Made by a program: the position numbers and the translations under genes. This document shows positions 24,535 through 35,700 of a DNA stretch of 64,000 bases, in pieces. Each line of letters starts with the position of its first letter. Within the stretch, counting starts at the first letter, position 1. Source of the DNA: a virus; IMG/VR virus record IMGVR_UViG_3300042945_003044, one strand, 5' to 3'. The notes beneath the pieces were generated by a model, which did no database searches, was not told the DNA's origin, and saw nothing but the letters and a program-made list of their open reading frames with translations.

Positions 24535-26724
24535 ATGAGCAAAAAATCAAATAATCAAAATAATTCTATTCCGAACGCCGAGCCCAAAAATCCCGAAGCG
24601 TATGTTGCCTGGGGTGAGGATTTAGCCAGTAAACAAGCGGCGATGCAGTCTTGTTCGGATTCTCTGGACGAATTTACAGGTATTCAAAAAGCGGAAGCGA
24701 GATGGCGACGAGATTTTTCTAATCTTGATGGCAATATTTCTAGTCGTCCCGGATTGACTCGTTTTGATTATGATCAATTTAGAGCAGACGAGGCCGTACC
24801 TACAAAAATCAAGCCGGTCATACGCAGAGCAGAAGACATATATCAAAGAGTTGGTCTTGTAAAAAACGTTATAGATCTCATGGGCGATTTTGCGGTTCAA
24901 GGTATAAGACTGGTACATAAGAACAAGAGAGTTGAAAGATTCTATCGCAAATGGTTTCAAAAAGTAAGAGGCAAAGACCGTTCAGAAAGATTTCTAAACA
25001 ATTTATATAAAACAGGTAATGTTGTATTAAATAGGCAAACAGGAAAACTTAATACTAAAGTAACGGAACAACTATATAGGGCTGTGGCTTCTCCAGATAT
25101 GCAGATATCTGATCTAGATATCAATAATCTAGAAAAAAGAGAAATACCCTGGAAATATACATTTATTGATCCTGTATTTGTCGAGGTGGCCGCTGGGGCC
25201 TTATCTTCATTCGTACAAGAAAAACAGTATCAGTTGATTTTACCATCCGATCTTAGAAAAACAATTAATTCTCCCAAAACTGATTCAGAAAGAGAAGTGA
25301 TTGCTAAGTTACCATCAGCTATTATAGAAGCAGCTAAAACCAGAAAGCCTTATCCATTAGACAAAGACAAAACACTTGTTTTTCACTATAAAAAAGATGA
25401 TTGGCAGACATGGGCCTATCCTATGATTTATGCTATCATGGATGATATAACCGTTATAGAGAAACTCAAACTAGCCGATATGGCCGCTCTTGATGGTGCT
25501 ATTTCTAATATTAGAATTTTTAAACTAGGCAGCCTAGAGCATAAAATAGCTCCTACTAAAGCGGCTACAGCTAAACTAGCACAGATCTTAGGCAATAATG
25601 TCGGTGGCGGAACTATGGATGTGGTTTGGGGTCCCGATATAGAATTATTAGAATCCAACACTAACGTACATAATTTTTTAGGAGAAGGCAAATACGTTCC
25701 GCATCTTAATGCCGTATATGCTGGTTTAGGTATTCCTCCTACTCTTACTGGTACTTTTGGAGCGTCTGGAACCACAAATAACTTTATAAGTCTCAAAACC
25801 TTAACTCAAAGACTTCAGTATGGCCGAGATATTTTAGTAGAGTTTTGGGATAAAGAAATCGCGCTAGTACAAAAAGCTATGGGTTTTAAATACCCAGCCA
25901 AAATAGAATTTGACAGAATGGATCTAAGCAATGAGGATGCTGAAAAAGCCCTATTAGTCCAGTTAGCTGATAGAAATCTTATATCGGACGAGCTATTGCA
26001 AAGCCGTTTTGGTTTCGATCCAGATATGGAAAAATCTAGACTAAATAGAGAAAACAGAGAGAGAAAGAGCGATAGAATGATACAAAAATCTGGACCTTGG
26101 CATGACCCACAATTTCAAAATTCTCTTAAAAAGATAGCACTACAAATAGGTACGGTTACGCCTAGTCAAGTTGGCCTGGATTTGCCCCCAAGAAAGAAAG
26201 GAGAGCAAACGGCCCTAGATATGAAGCAGCAGCAGAAACAACCAACGCAGTTGGGAAACGATTTGCCAAAATCGTTACCTGGACAGCCGGGCGAGGGAAG
26301 ACCCAAATTAAGCAAGGATACGGAAAAAAGAAAAACAAAAGTATTTTCCCCACAGACAGGAGCAAGTTTGGCCATATGGGCCTCACAAGCACAAGAAGAT
26401 ATAGCTCAAATATTAAACCCAATAATGTTAGAGTTTTATCAGAAAAAAAATCTAAGAAGTCTTTCTAGTAAGGAATATCAAGAATTAGAAGATATAAAAA
26501 CCAAAACACTTTTCTGCATCAAACCATTCTCTAAAATTGACTCTTCAATAGAGGGCATAATGAGTAGTATAAACTCTAAAGCGAGTTTAGATACTATTTC
26601 TTTATATAATAATTGGCTAAAAACATTAGAACTAGATCTAGGTAGTCAATTAAATTCTGATCAACAAAAGCAAGCCAAAGCATCTTTTTACGCTATGGTG
26701 TATGATTCTCTTGAAACCGACTAA
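24535..26724 (+). CDS. portal protein
   Basis: Position between terL and protease/MCP; size; helical core with acidic/basic tail. Confidence 0.75.
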   Translation: MSKKSNNQNNSIPNAEPKNPEAYVAWGEDLASKQAAMQSCSDSLDEFTGIQKAEARWRRDFSNLDGNISSRPGLTRFDYDQFRADEAVPTKIKPVIRRAEDIYQRVGLVKNVIDLMGDFAVQGIRLVHKNKRVERFYRKWFQKVRGKDRSERFLNNLYKTGNVVLNRQTGKLNTKVTEQLYRAVASPDMQISDLDINNLEKREIPWKYTFIDPVFVEVAAGALSSFVQEKQYQLILPSDLRKTINSPKTDSEREVIAKLPSAIIEAAKTRKPYPLDKDKTLVFHYKKDDWQTWAYPMIYAIMDDITVIEKLKLADMAALDGAISNIRIFKLGSLEHKIAPTKAATAKLAQILGNNVGGGTMDVVWGPDIELLESNTNVHNFLGEGKYVPHLNAVYAGLGIPPTLTGTFGASGTTNNFISLKTLTQRLQYGRDILVEFWDKEIALVQKAMGFKYPAKIEFDRMDLSNEDAEKALLVQLADRNLISDELLQSRFGFDPDMEKSRLNRENRERKSDRMIQKSGPWHDPQFQNSLKKIALQIGTVTPSQVGLDLPPRKKGEQTALDMKQQQKQPTQLGNDLPKSLPGQPGEGRPKLSKDTEKRKTKVFSPQTGASLAIWASQAQEDIAQILNPIMLEFYQKKNLRSLSSKEYQELEDIKTKTLFCIKPFSKIDSSIEGIMSSINSKASLDTISLYNNWLKTLELDLGSQLNSDQQKQAKASFYAMVYDSLETD

Positions 26725-26727
26725 CAT

Positions 26728-28242
26728 ATGGAGATTATTATGGAAGTTTTTCCAGCAGAAATAGAAGACGGCTTACAAGAAATTGTCTCCTCGAAGGCTT
26801 GTGTGACTTACGCTACTCAGGCTATTCCGTATAATGACACTATAGTGGCCGGTAAGCACTTTAAAAGCTTAGCGTCTATGTCTGATGAAGATCTGTATTA
26901 TGTACAGTCTATTTTAGTTAGTTCCTCATGGAATAAAAATGATGATATATTTGATAAGGCCGAGGTTTGGAGCGCCAAGCACACACCAGAAGATAAGCCT
27001 ACAAACTTAGAGCATGATGAAAATACTATTATAGGACATATAGTCTCTAATTATCCCATCACGGAAGATGGTATCCTTATAGATGAAAATACCCCAATAG
27101 AAAACCTGCCAAATAAATACCATATATTAACAGGATCAGTTATTTATAAGGGGTTTAGTAATCCAGAATTACGAGGCAGAGCAGATAAGCTAATATCAGA
27201 AATAGAGTCTGGTGAAAAATATGTAAGTATGGAGTGCTTTTTTAAGGGCTTTGATTATGGATTAGTTAATCAGTCCAATGGTAGTTATCAAATTTTACCA
27301 AGAAATAAAGAAACAGCTCACTTAACTAAACACCTTAGAGCATATGGTGGACAAGGAGAGCACGAGGGCTTTAAAATAGGTAGAGTTTTAAGAGGCATTA
27401 CGTTTTCTGGTAAGGGATTTGTTAATAAACCAGCTAATCCTGACAGTATTATTTTTACTGAAAATTCTATTCAAGTAGATATTCCAGAAAAAAAAGAGCA
27501 AAAAAATAACGATTTATCGATTGCGGGTGTATCAAATAATCAGTTAACCTTTAATTCGGAGAATAATACTATGAGTTTAGAAACAGAAACGACGGGCCTA
27601 ACAGAGAAAGTTGAATCAACGACCGACTGCTCGGAGGCCGTCAAGGAAGCACAGGCTACTGCTAACGAACTTAAAGAAAAAACAATCGCTCTTGAAACAG
27701 CCATCGAGACGAATGAGACCATCCTTACCGAGACTAAGGCTCAGCTCGAAGCAGCTCTTGCAGAAAAGGAAGAAGCCGCTAAAAAGTGGTATGAAGAGAT
27801 GAAGAAAAAGGAAGAAGAGAAAGACAAGATGAAGGCAGCTCTTGACGAAGCTCTTGAAGCTTTAGCTGGATACAAAGCCAAAGAAGAAGAGATGTTAAAG
27901 AAGGAAAAGAAGATGAAAAGAATCGCCTCTCTTCTCGAAGCAGGTATTGCTAATGAAGTAGCAGCCTCAACAGTTGATAAGTTTGAAGGTTTAGAAGACG
28001 ACGCTTTCGAAGCTATGACCGTTCTTTTAGCTTCTAAGTCACCGGTTTCTATACCAGCCGAACCAGTTATAGCCACAGAAGAGCCAGTAGTAGATACAGC
28101 TGATGCTTCTGTACTAGACACGGTTGAAACAGTCGAGGAAGTTAATCTTGGTGTCGGAGGCGACTCAGACAATTCAGTTGAATCAACTCGTGCAGCTCTT
28201 GTCGAGTATGTTTGCAGTAGATTAGGTAAAAAAGCACAATAA
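26728..28242 (+). CDS. prohead protease / scaffold fusion
   Basis: NKNDD, NLEH, IGHI, VSMEC, FSGxGFVxxPAN protease-like N-terminus; acidic coiled-coil C-terminus. Confidence 0.75.
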   Translation: MEIIMEVFPAEIEDGLQEIVSSKACVTYATQAIPYNDTIVAGKHFKSLASMSDEDLYYVQSILVSSSWNKNDDIFDKAEVWSAKHTPEDKPTNLEHDENTIIGHIVSNYPITEDGILIDENTPIENLPNKYHILTGSVIYKGFSNPELRGRADKLISEIESGEKYVSMECFFKGFDYGLVNQSNGSYQILPRNKETAHLTKHLRAYGGQGEHEGFKIGRVLRGITFSGKGFVNKPANPDSIIFTENSIQVDIPEKKEQKNNDLSIAGVSNNQLTFNSENNTMSLETETTGLTEKVESTTDCSEAVKEAQATANELKEKTIALETAIETNETILTETKAQLEAALAEKEEAAKKWYEEMKKKEEEKDKMKAALDEALEALAGYKAKEEEMLKKEKKMKRIASLLEAGIANEVAASTVDKFEGLEDDAFEAMTVLLASKSPVSIPAEPVIATEEPVVDTADASVLDTVETVEEVNLGVGGDSDNSVESTRAALVEYVCSRLGKKAQ

Positions 28243-28257
28243 ATAAGGGAGAAACAC

Positions 28258-28716
28258 ATGGCTCTTAAACCAGATCGTATCGAAAGTTACACAGATATTT
28301 CCTATTTCATGAATGTTGTTGGCGAAAGAGGTGGCGTTGTTGTTCACGGTACCTCTGGTGCCGGCGCATCGACAGATGACGCTGGGGCTACAGTTGCCTA
28401 TCCAACAGGCGTTGTTTCAGGCACTAAGCCAGCCGGAGTATTGCTAAACGATGTCGTTAATCTTGATCTAACCAGACAGCATCTTAATTATCATAGAGAC
28501 GAGATGCAGCTTGGCGGCAAGGTCACACTACTTCGTCAGGGCCAGGTTACAACAAACATGGTCGCTACGGGAGTAACACCCGCTGCTGGGTCCGATGCAT
28601 ACTATGACGGTAATGGATTATTTACAACCACCAGTACCGGTAGTACTAAAGTTGGTAGATTTTTGAGCAGCAAAGATTCTGATGGTTATGTCAAAGTAGA
28701 TGTCAATATTACCTAA
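28258..28716 (+). CDS. head decoration/cement protein
   Basis: 152 aa, beta-rich, between scaffold and MCP. Confidence 0.6.
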   Translation: MALKPDRIESYTDISYFMNVVGERGGVVVHGTSGAGASTDDAGATVAYPTGVVSGTKPAGVLLNDVVNLDLTRQHLNYHRDEMQLGGKVTLLRQGQVTTNMVATGVTPAAGSDAYYDGNGLFTTTSTGSTKVGRFLSSKDSDGYVKVDVNIT

Positions 28717-28729
28717 TAGGGAGAACAAA

Positions 28730-29737
28730 ATGTCAACGAAAACTCAGTTTCAACCTTCGCCAGAACTAACAGATCTTCTCGTTCGCTCTGGCTCACCAGA
28801 TAGACAAGTTGCCTTAGCAGCCAACAGAGAGTTTGCTAAAGCACTAGAATTACCTTTACGTCAAGGTCTACTCAGTGGAGATATCCTAGACGGCATCTTC
28901 GAGCCAATTCAGCTCCAGCCCGGTGCCACTCCAGAATTCCCACTAGATTTTCTTGCCCCTGGCACAGAAAAAGACTTTGTGGCTTACACTATCCCTAACC
29001 ACGGTTATATTCCAGAGCGTCATGTCGAAGGCGATTATGTCATGGTTCCAACCTATGACATCGGTGCCTCGATTGATTATCTCCTAAAGTATGCTCGTGA
29101 CGCTCGCTGGGACGTTGTGGGTCGCGCTATGGAAGTGCTAGAAGCTTCGTTCGTAAAGAAAATGAACGACGACGGCTGGCACACACTCTTGGCCGCTGGT
29201 GTTGATCGCAATATCGTTGTGTTCGACAGCGACGCTGCATCAAATCAGTTCACCAAGAGACTAGTCAGTCTCATGAAGACTGTTATGCGTAGAAACGGTG
29301 GCGGTAATAGCGCTAGTGTCAACAGAGGTATGCTAACAGACCTCTATGTTTCACCAGAAGCTATGGAAGATATCCGCAACTGGGGTCTTGATCAGGTTGA
29401 CGAAGTAACACGCAGAGAGATCTACACAGCCGCTGATGGTACTCTCAACCGTGTTTTCGGCGTTAATCTTCACGACAGAGACGAGCTTGGTGTTGGTCAA
29501 GAGTATCAGCTATTCTATAGCAACGTACTCAATGGCACACTACCAAGTGGAGATACAGAAGTTGTTGTTGGTCTTGATCTACGCAAGAGAGACAGCTTCA
29601 TTATGCCAGTTCGTGAACAGGTTCAAATCTTCGAAGACGAAACACTACATCGTCAGAAGAGAGCCGGTTTCTACGGCTGGAGCGAGCAGGGCTTTGCGGT
29701 TCTAGATAATCGCAGAGTTATTCTCGGCTCTCTCTAA
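28730..29737 (+). CDS. major capsid protein
   Basis: GGGAG SD; position; highly-expressed-type codon usage; followed by a strong terminator. Confidence 0.8.
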   Translation: MSTKTQFQPSPELTDLLVRSGSPDRQVALAANREFAKALELPLRQGLLSGDILDGIFEPIQLQPGATPEFPLDFLAPGTEKDFVAYTIPNHGYIPERHVEGDYVMVPTYDIGASIDYLLKYARDARWDVVGRAMEVLEASFVKKMNDDGWHTLLAAGVDRNIVVFDSDAASNQFTKRLVSLMKTVMRRNGGGNSASVNRGMLTDLYVSPEAMEDIRNWGLDQVDEVTRREIYTAADGTLNRVFGVNLHDRDELGVGQEYQLFYSNVLNGTLPSGDTEVVVGLDLRKRDSFIMPVREQVQIFEDETLHRQKRAGFYGWSEQGFAVLDNRRVILGSL

Positions 29738-29770
29738 TTTAGACTCTACAATCAGTTACTATCTAAAGAT

Positions 29771-29804
29771 AGGGCCGGGAGAATATCCTGGCCCTTCTTT
29801 TTTT
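29771..29804 (+). terminator. intrinsic terminator after MCP
   Basis: AGGGCCGGGA-gaata-TCCTGGCCCT followed by TCTTTTTTT. Confidence 0.9.
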
Positions 29805-29883
29805 ATATATGTATTAAAGGTGTATCTATAATCAGCAGGGCATTTTTCTGCCAAGTAAAAACTATATCAAAGGCATATAATAT

Positions 29884-30288
29884 ATGGCAGCTAGTAAATA
29901 TGATTTCGCTATAGAACAAGGGACATCTTTTAAATTATCGTTAATATATAAAGACGCTAATGGAACGCCCGTAAATCTAACAGACTGGTGCGCTAGAATA
30001 GTATGGAAAACCAATACTGGTATTATTCAAACCTTTTCTTCTGACAACATAGATCATAGTGTATATAAATTTACTATTGATGATACTAATGGTAAATTAA
30101 CATTATTACTGCCTGTATCTACAACCAATGGGTTTAATTTTAATACGGCTAAATATGATCTAGAGCTACAATCTCCAGAAGATATTTATGCTGGCGGAGG
30201 CAAATATACTACGAGGCTATTGTTTGGTACTATAAGTATAGTCAAGAGATTTAGTCAAGCAGGTTCTTCATTGGAGTGTTCTACATGA
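29884..30288 (+). CDS. virion structural protein (YDFxIEQG family), paralog of the N-terminus of 61482
   Basis: YDFAIEQG...YDLEL shared with 61482-62399. Confidence 0.7.
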   Translation: MAASKYDFAIEQGTSFKLSLIYKDANGTPVNLTDWCARIVWKTNTGIIQTFSSDNIDHSVYKFTIDDTNGKLTLLLPVSTTNGFNFNTAKYDLELQSPEDIYAGGGKYTTRLLFGTISIVKRFSQAGSSLECST

Positions 30289-30548
30289 GTAATTTTATTT
30301 TGGAAATACTTGACCCTCAGATACATCTTATAGAAGTAGAAACCAGTTTTGTTGATAATCTGAACAATATTGAGATAGAAAGATCAGAATCTTTTAATAT
30401 TGAATTAATTAATACAGAAAAAATTTTGGCAAGCGACTTACCAGATAACATACCCATGAGTAAAATAGTAGGTAATTTAGATGTTGCTAGAATTAGTGGG
30501 TTGTCTGAGTATTTAGATGAGTATGAATTTGATTGCGGTACACCATAA
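30285..30548 (+). CDS. small acidic virion protein ending in DCGTP
   Basis: ATGA overlap; C-terminal D(C/G)GTP also ends 30590-32767. Confidence 0.6.
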   Translation: MSNFILEILDPQIHLIEVETSFVDNLNNIEIERSESFNIELINTEKILASDLPDNIPMSKIVGNLDVARISGLSEYLDEYEFDCGTP

Positions 30549-30589
30549 CTATTTTTTATTCACATAAACATATATAAAGGTTAAATATC

Positions 30590-32767
30590 ATGGCAGTTCA
30601 AACAAGAATTCAGGTTCGCAGAGGAACTTTATCGCAATGGAACACAGCCGCAGCAGTGGCTGGTCAAGGTATTTTATACCAAGGAGAAATTGGATACGAA
30701 ACAGATACTGGTCGGTTTAAAATAGGAGATGGAACTACTGCTTGGGGTAGTTTGTCATATGCTAGTGTTCTACCTTCTAATTTTGTTGCTGGAAGCGGCA
30801 TCTCTTTAACCCCAGGCCTAAACGGCAGCACTATGACTATTAGTCTTAGTGATCCAACCATACAAGTAGGAGATATAACAGATTTCGCCGAGGGCGTAGA
30901 CGATAGAGTTGCGTCGCTACTACAAGCTGGAAATAATATCTCTTTAACTTATAATGATACTGCTGGTACTTTAACTATTAATAGTAGTCTTGGTTTAGAA
31001 GAAGTACAAGACGCTATCGGAGCCCATATTGTCGGAGGCTCTGGTATTAGCGTTAACTATAATGACACTAGCGGCAATACAACCATTAGCTTGAGTGATC
31101 CTACTATTCAAGCTGCTGATGTTACGGATTTTAGCGAGGCTGTAGATGATAGAGTATCTAATCTATTAACAGCTGGTTCTGGTATAGGTTTGACCTATGA
31201 CGATAATGCTAATTCTCTACAGGTTCGTGTCACTGGAATTCCTAGTAGTTTAATAACAAACTTTACATCTAGTGTTAATGATCTTATCGACGGAGCTGTT
31301 AGCACAAGTATTGTTGCTGGTAGCGGTGTTGATATTATTTATAATAGTGGCAACAATACGCTAAGTATTAGTAGCGCTTTAACTGCTGGTAGTGGTATTG
31401 CTCTTACTCATTCTAGTGGAGCTTATGTCGTATCTCTAAGCGATCCTTCTATTCAGCTTGTGGATATTACAGATATGACCACAGCAGTTAGAAACTTTTT
31501 AACAACACCATCTAGTGCTAATTTAGGATCTTTAGTTAGCGACGAAACGGGCACGGGCTCGCTAGTATTTGCTAATAATCCTACTATGAGCGGGGTGACA
31601 GTCAATGGAAATCTTACTGTTAGTGGTAGTGGTCTAGTTGCTAGTAATATAAATAACTTTGACTCTCAAGTAAGAACCAGTCGTTTGGACCAAATGGCTG
31701 TTCCAACAACCAGCGTGTCTCTGAATAGTCAAAGAATTACTAGTTTGGCCGATCCTGTTGCTGACCAAGATGCTGCAACAAAAGCTTATGTTGATGCTGC
31801 TCGCAGCGGATTGGACGTAAAACAAAGTGTTAGGGTGGCTACTACCGTAGCATTGACTCAAGAAGGAGAGCTTTCTTCTGTTTTTGCAAATTCTGGAGGA
31901 GCGGGCAATGGTAGTGGTTCCGGATCAGGATTTTTTATAATTGATGGAGTATCATTGAATGTTGGTGATAGGGTGTTAGTTAAAAATCAATCAGATGCTA
32001 CAAAAAATGGTATTTATAATGTTACTCCAAGCCCCACATATTCTGGACAGCAAATACTATCAAGGGCGCCAGATGCCAATAGTGATGCTGAAGTTACCGC
32101 TGGTATGTTCGTATTTGTTACAGAAGGTACTGTCAATGCCGATAGTGGTTGGGTACTTACAACAAATGATACTATTACGCTTGGAACAACAGCTCTAACT
32201 TTTGCTCAATTCTCTGGTGCTGGTCAGATTACTGCTGGTGCTGGTATGGTCAAGAGCGGCAATACTCTAGATGTTGGTACTGCCAGTACTAGTCGAATTG
32301 TTGTAAACGCAGACAATATTGATCTTGCTACAGTTACTCAGTCTGATGGTAGCGGATCAGCAGGCTCTACATTTGTTCAATCTGTTACTAGAGATAGTTA
32401 TGGTAGAGTCACAGGAGTCACAACAGCGGCCGTGCAAGACGCAACAACTTCGGTTAAAGGTATTGCTAGTTTTGATACCGGAGACTTTAGCGTTAGCGGC
32501 GGTGCTGTTAGTATTAAAACCGGAGGTGTCGATAATAGTCAGCTTGCTAATAGTTCTGTCACAGTTGGCTCAACCAGTATCAGCCTTGGTGGATCAGCTA
32601 CTACAATAGCTGGTTTAACTAGTGTGTCTAGCACGAGTTTTACCGGGGCTTTGACTGGCAATGCTAGTACGGCTACAACTCTTCAAACAGCAAGGACTAT
32701 TAACGGAACTAGTTTTAACGGTTCTGCTAATATTGAAATAGCGTTTGTAGACGGAGGAACTCCATGA
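30590..32767 (+). CDS. fibre protein with Mtd/hyaluronidase-like N-terminal anchor
   Basis: RIQVRRGT...GEIGYETDTGRFKIGDG; VDDRV..LL.AG repeats; DAATKAYVD. Confidence 0.8.
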   Translation: MAVQTRIQVRRGTLSQWNTAAAVAGQGILYQGEIGYETDTGRFKIGDGTTAWGSLSYASVLPSNFVAGSGISLTPGLNGSTMTISLSDPTIQVGDITDFAEGVDDRVASLLQAGNNISLTYNDTAGTLTINSSLGLEEVQDAIGAHIVGGSGISVNYNDTSGNTTISLSDPTIQAADVTDFSEAVDDRVSNLLTAGSGIGLTYDDNANSLQVRVTGIPSSLITNFTSSVNDLIDGAVSTSIVAGSGVDIIYNSGNNTLSISSALTAGSGIALTHSSGAYVVSLSDPSIQLVDITDMTTAVRNFLTTPSSANLGSLVSDETGTGSLVFANNPTMSGVTVNGNLTVSGSGLVASNINNFDSQVRTSRLDQMAVPTTSVSLNSQRITSLADPVADQDAATKAYVDAARSGLDVKQSVRVATTVALTQEGELSSVFANSGGAGNGSGSGSGFFIIDGVSLNVGDRVLVKNQSDATKNGIYNVTPSPTYSGQQILSRAPDANSDAEVTAGMFVFVTEGTVNADSGWVLTTNDTITLGTTALTFAQFSGAGQITAGAGMVKSGNTLDVGTASTSRIVVNADNIDLATVTQSDGSGSAGSTFVQSVTRDSYGRVTGVTTAAVQDATTSVKGIASFDTGDFSVSGGAVSIKTGGVDNSQLANSSVTVGSTSISLGGSATTIAGLTSVSSTSFTGALTGNASTATTLQTARTINGTSFNGSANIEIAFVDGGTP

Positions 32768-35700
32768 CCAGTTTTCGAATAAAATCTGATAAAATATTTT
32801 TTCGAAACGGTATCAAAACAGCTTTTCGTTCCATTCCGGATCCTCCAACAGAAGTTACAGGTTCTTCTGGCAACAATTCTATATCGTTGGTTTGGACAGC
32901 GCCGGAGTTTAGCGGCACTAGTCCTATAACCGACTATATAGTTCAGTATAGCTCTGATAATGGAGGTTCTTGGACTACGGTATCAAAACCAGTATCTACC
33001 TCAACTTCTTTATTAGTTTCGGGACTAGTAAATGCACAAGATTATCTTTTTCGTGTAGCGGCCGTCAATCAGGTTGGTACCAGTTCTTATTCGATAAACA
33101 GTAATAGTTTAGCTCCATTTAATTATGATCCTAATAAATTAGTTTTAGTATACGATACCAGCAAAGAGTCTGTTAATAATACTATCACGCTTCATGTTAA
33201 TGGTACTTCGCCAAATATTTTAGTAGATTGGGGAGACGGAACGTCTTCTACTTATACAGCCACAGGGACTCAAACTAAGACATATACATCTCCAGGTATA
33301 TATGTAGTACAGATTAGTGGTTCTATGACTAGGTTTGGAACATCTCTTGATGGTTCTTCGCCCACAGCGGTAGTCAATATTTCATCAAACAGAAATAGAC
33401 GAAAGCTTGTCAGATGTTTGTCTTTTGGAAATATAGGTATTACGAGTCTTTCTTCCTGTTTTCTAAACTCCATAAATCTAATACAAGTCCCATTGAGCAT
33501 CCCATCTGCTGTAAGCAATATGTCCAGTATGTTTAAGGGTTGTACGTCTTTTAATCAGCCTATTGGTATGTGGAATGTATCTAATATTACAAATATGACT
33601 GATTTGTTTGTTAACGCTTCGTCTTTTAACAGATCCTTGAATTCTTGGGACGTATCTAAGCTTACGAATGCATATTTTATATTTAATAATGCTCTCGCTT
33701 TTAATCAGCCATTAAATAAATGGGATTTGTCGTCAGTCGTAGACGCTATATATATGTTAGATAATGCAAGAAGTTTTAATCAGCCAATAGAAGACTGGAA
33801 TATTTCAAATTTGTATAATACTCAAGACTTACTAAGAGACAATATTTCGTTTAATCAATCCTTAGCCGCTTGGCCTATTTATGGGTTTGATGTTAATACA
33901 TATTTCAATTTTAGTAATATTCCTATCGATATAGAAAACTATAGTAGAACTTTGATTGGCTGGGCTAATTTTGTTAATGATAATGGAGGCGCTCCAACAG
34001 GAGTAAGCTTATTATCTAATAATAGAAAATATCATGATATAGAATATACTTTTGATATGCCTAAATATAGACCTTTTTGGAAAGAAAATAATCTCAGTAT
34101 TACCGGTGGAGTTGGAGCTGTAGCATATGGAAATGGTCGTTCCGTAGGAGTAGGAGCCAATACAGTAGTAGTATCTGATGATGGCATATCGTGGACTAAT
34201 AAAACTATTTCTCAACAAAACTGGGCCGATATAGCTTATGGCAATGGTGTGTTTGTGGCAGTATCTAGGGTTGACTATCCTTTCTTTGGGGGCGTGGTTT
34301 CTGAGCCTACAATTATAAGATCTGTAGACTTTGGAGAAACATGGATTGCGGCGACCCAATCTCCTAATATGCGTATGATTGGAGTATGCTATGACGGTAG
34401 TCGTTTTATTGGTGTCGGTACCACATTTGGTCCCACCTCTCTATATGGCATTAGTTATATATTAGAGATTTTTAGTTCATTAGATGGTAATAGTTGGACA
34501 AAAATAAGCGATATTACAGCTAGTGCCGGAGCTCGCTGTAATAGAATACGATATTTAAATGGGGCTTACTATGTTTTAGATAGTATACATGGTAGGCTTT
34601 TTAGATCAATAGATGCTATTTCATGGACACAGCTAACCACATCTAATTCTACAGATGCTAACTGGTACGATATTGCTTTTGGCAATAACGTATTGGTAAT
34701 GGTTGGAGGAGGAAATAGCTCCTACAACACAGCAGTATCCACTGACGGCATTAATTGGCAAACCTATAAAGGGGCCGACGATTCCCCAGATTTTTTTTGG
34801 TATAGCGTTATATATGCTAACGGTCTTTTTATTAAATGCGGATACACGGGATTAGCATATAGCAGAGATGGCAAGGATTGGATCAGATTTCCGTTTAAGA
34901 AAAACAATGAATGGTATACTCCAGGCTATCATGCTAATGCTAATAGATTTTTTGTTTTCGGATCTGATAATTTGTACGCATATTCTTCTAATACAGGCAA
35001 ATATATTTCAGCTAGCGCAGCAAGAAATTATTTAACTGCGCCAATAGCAAATGGAGGTGCCGGATGGTCTATTACCGGAGATGTATCAGCAAACGAATTA
35101 GTAGTCATCGCCAATAAAATATTAAGACAAACGGTACCAGCATCCACGACCAATGTCGTAGTCAAAGACTCTAATTATACGCGACAAACCAATGGAGAAT
35201 TTGAAACAGACTATGACGTAAGATTACTTAAAAATGGAGATACTCCAGTTAGTGGAATATTAGTAAGCAATAATACTAATGTTATTACTAACCCAGTTCC
35301 TGCTTCTGGTGGTCTAGCCTCATTTGTTTTTCCTGGCGTGACAAAAATAACCGGAACAGACTCCTCCGGCGCTACGGCTTCTGTACAAGTAGTCACAGAA
35401 AGAATACAGGGTTCTGTGGTTGATACTTTTTCGTCATTCGTTAATGGTACAACTGCGCACAATATATCGTCTACAGTAGATACGTTATTAGCAGGTAAAA
35501 CAGCTTCGAGTTCTATTAGAAGATTTTCCGCTCAAAATCATACCACAAATCCTCCAAGCTATCCTTCCAATGCTTCGTTTTGGGCTTCTGCTCTTAATTT
35601 TAGTTGTTGTTCTGTTTGGAATTCTACAGGACTAAATACGATGGGTGGGACACTTATTAGTCCAAGGCACATACTATTTGCTGCTCACTACCAAATCAAT

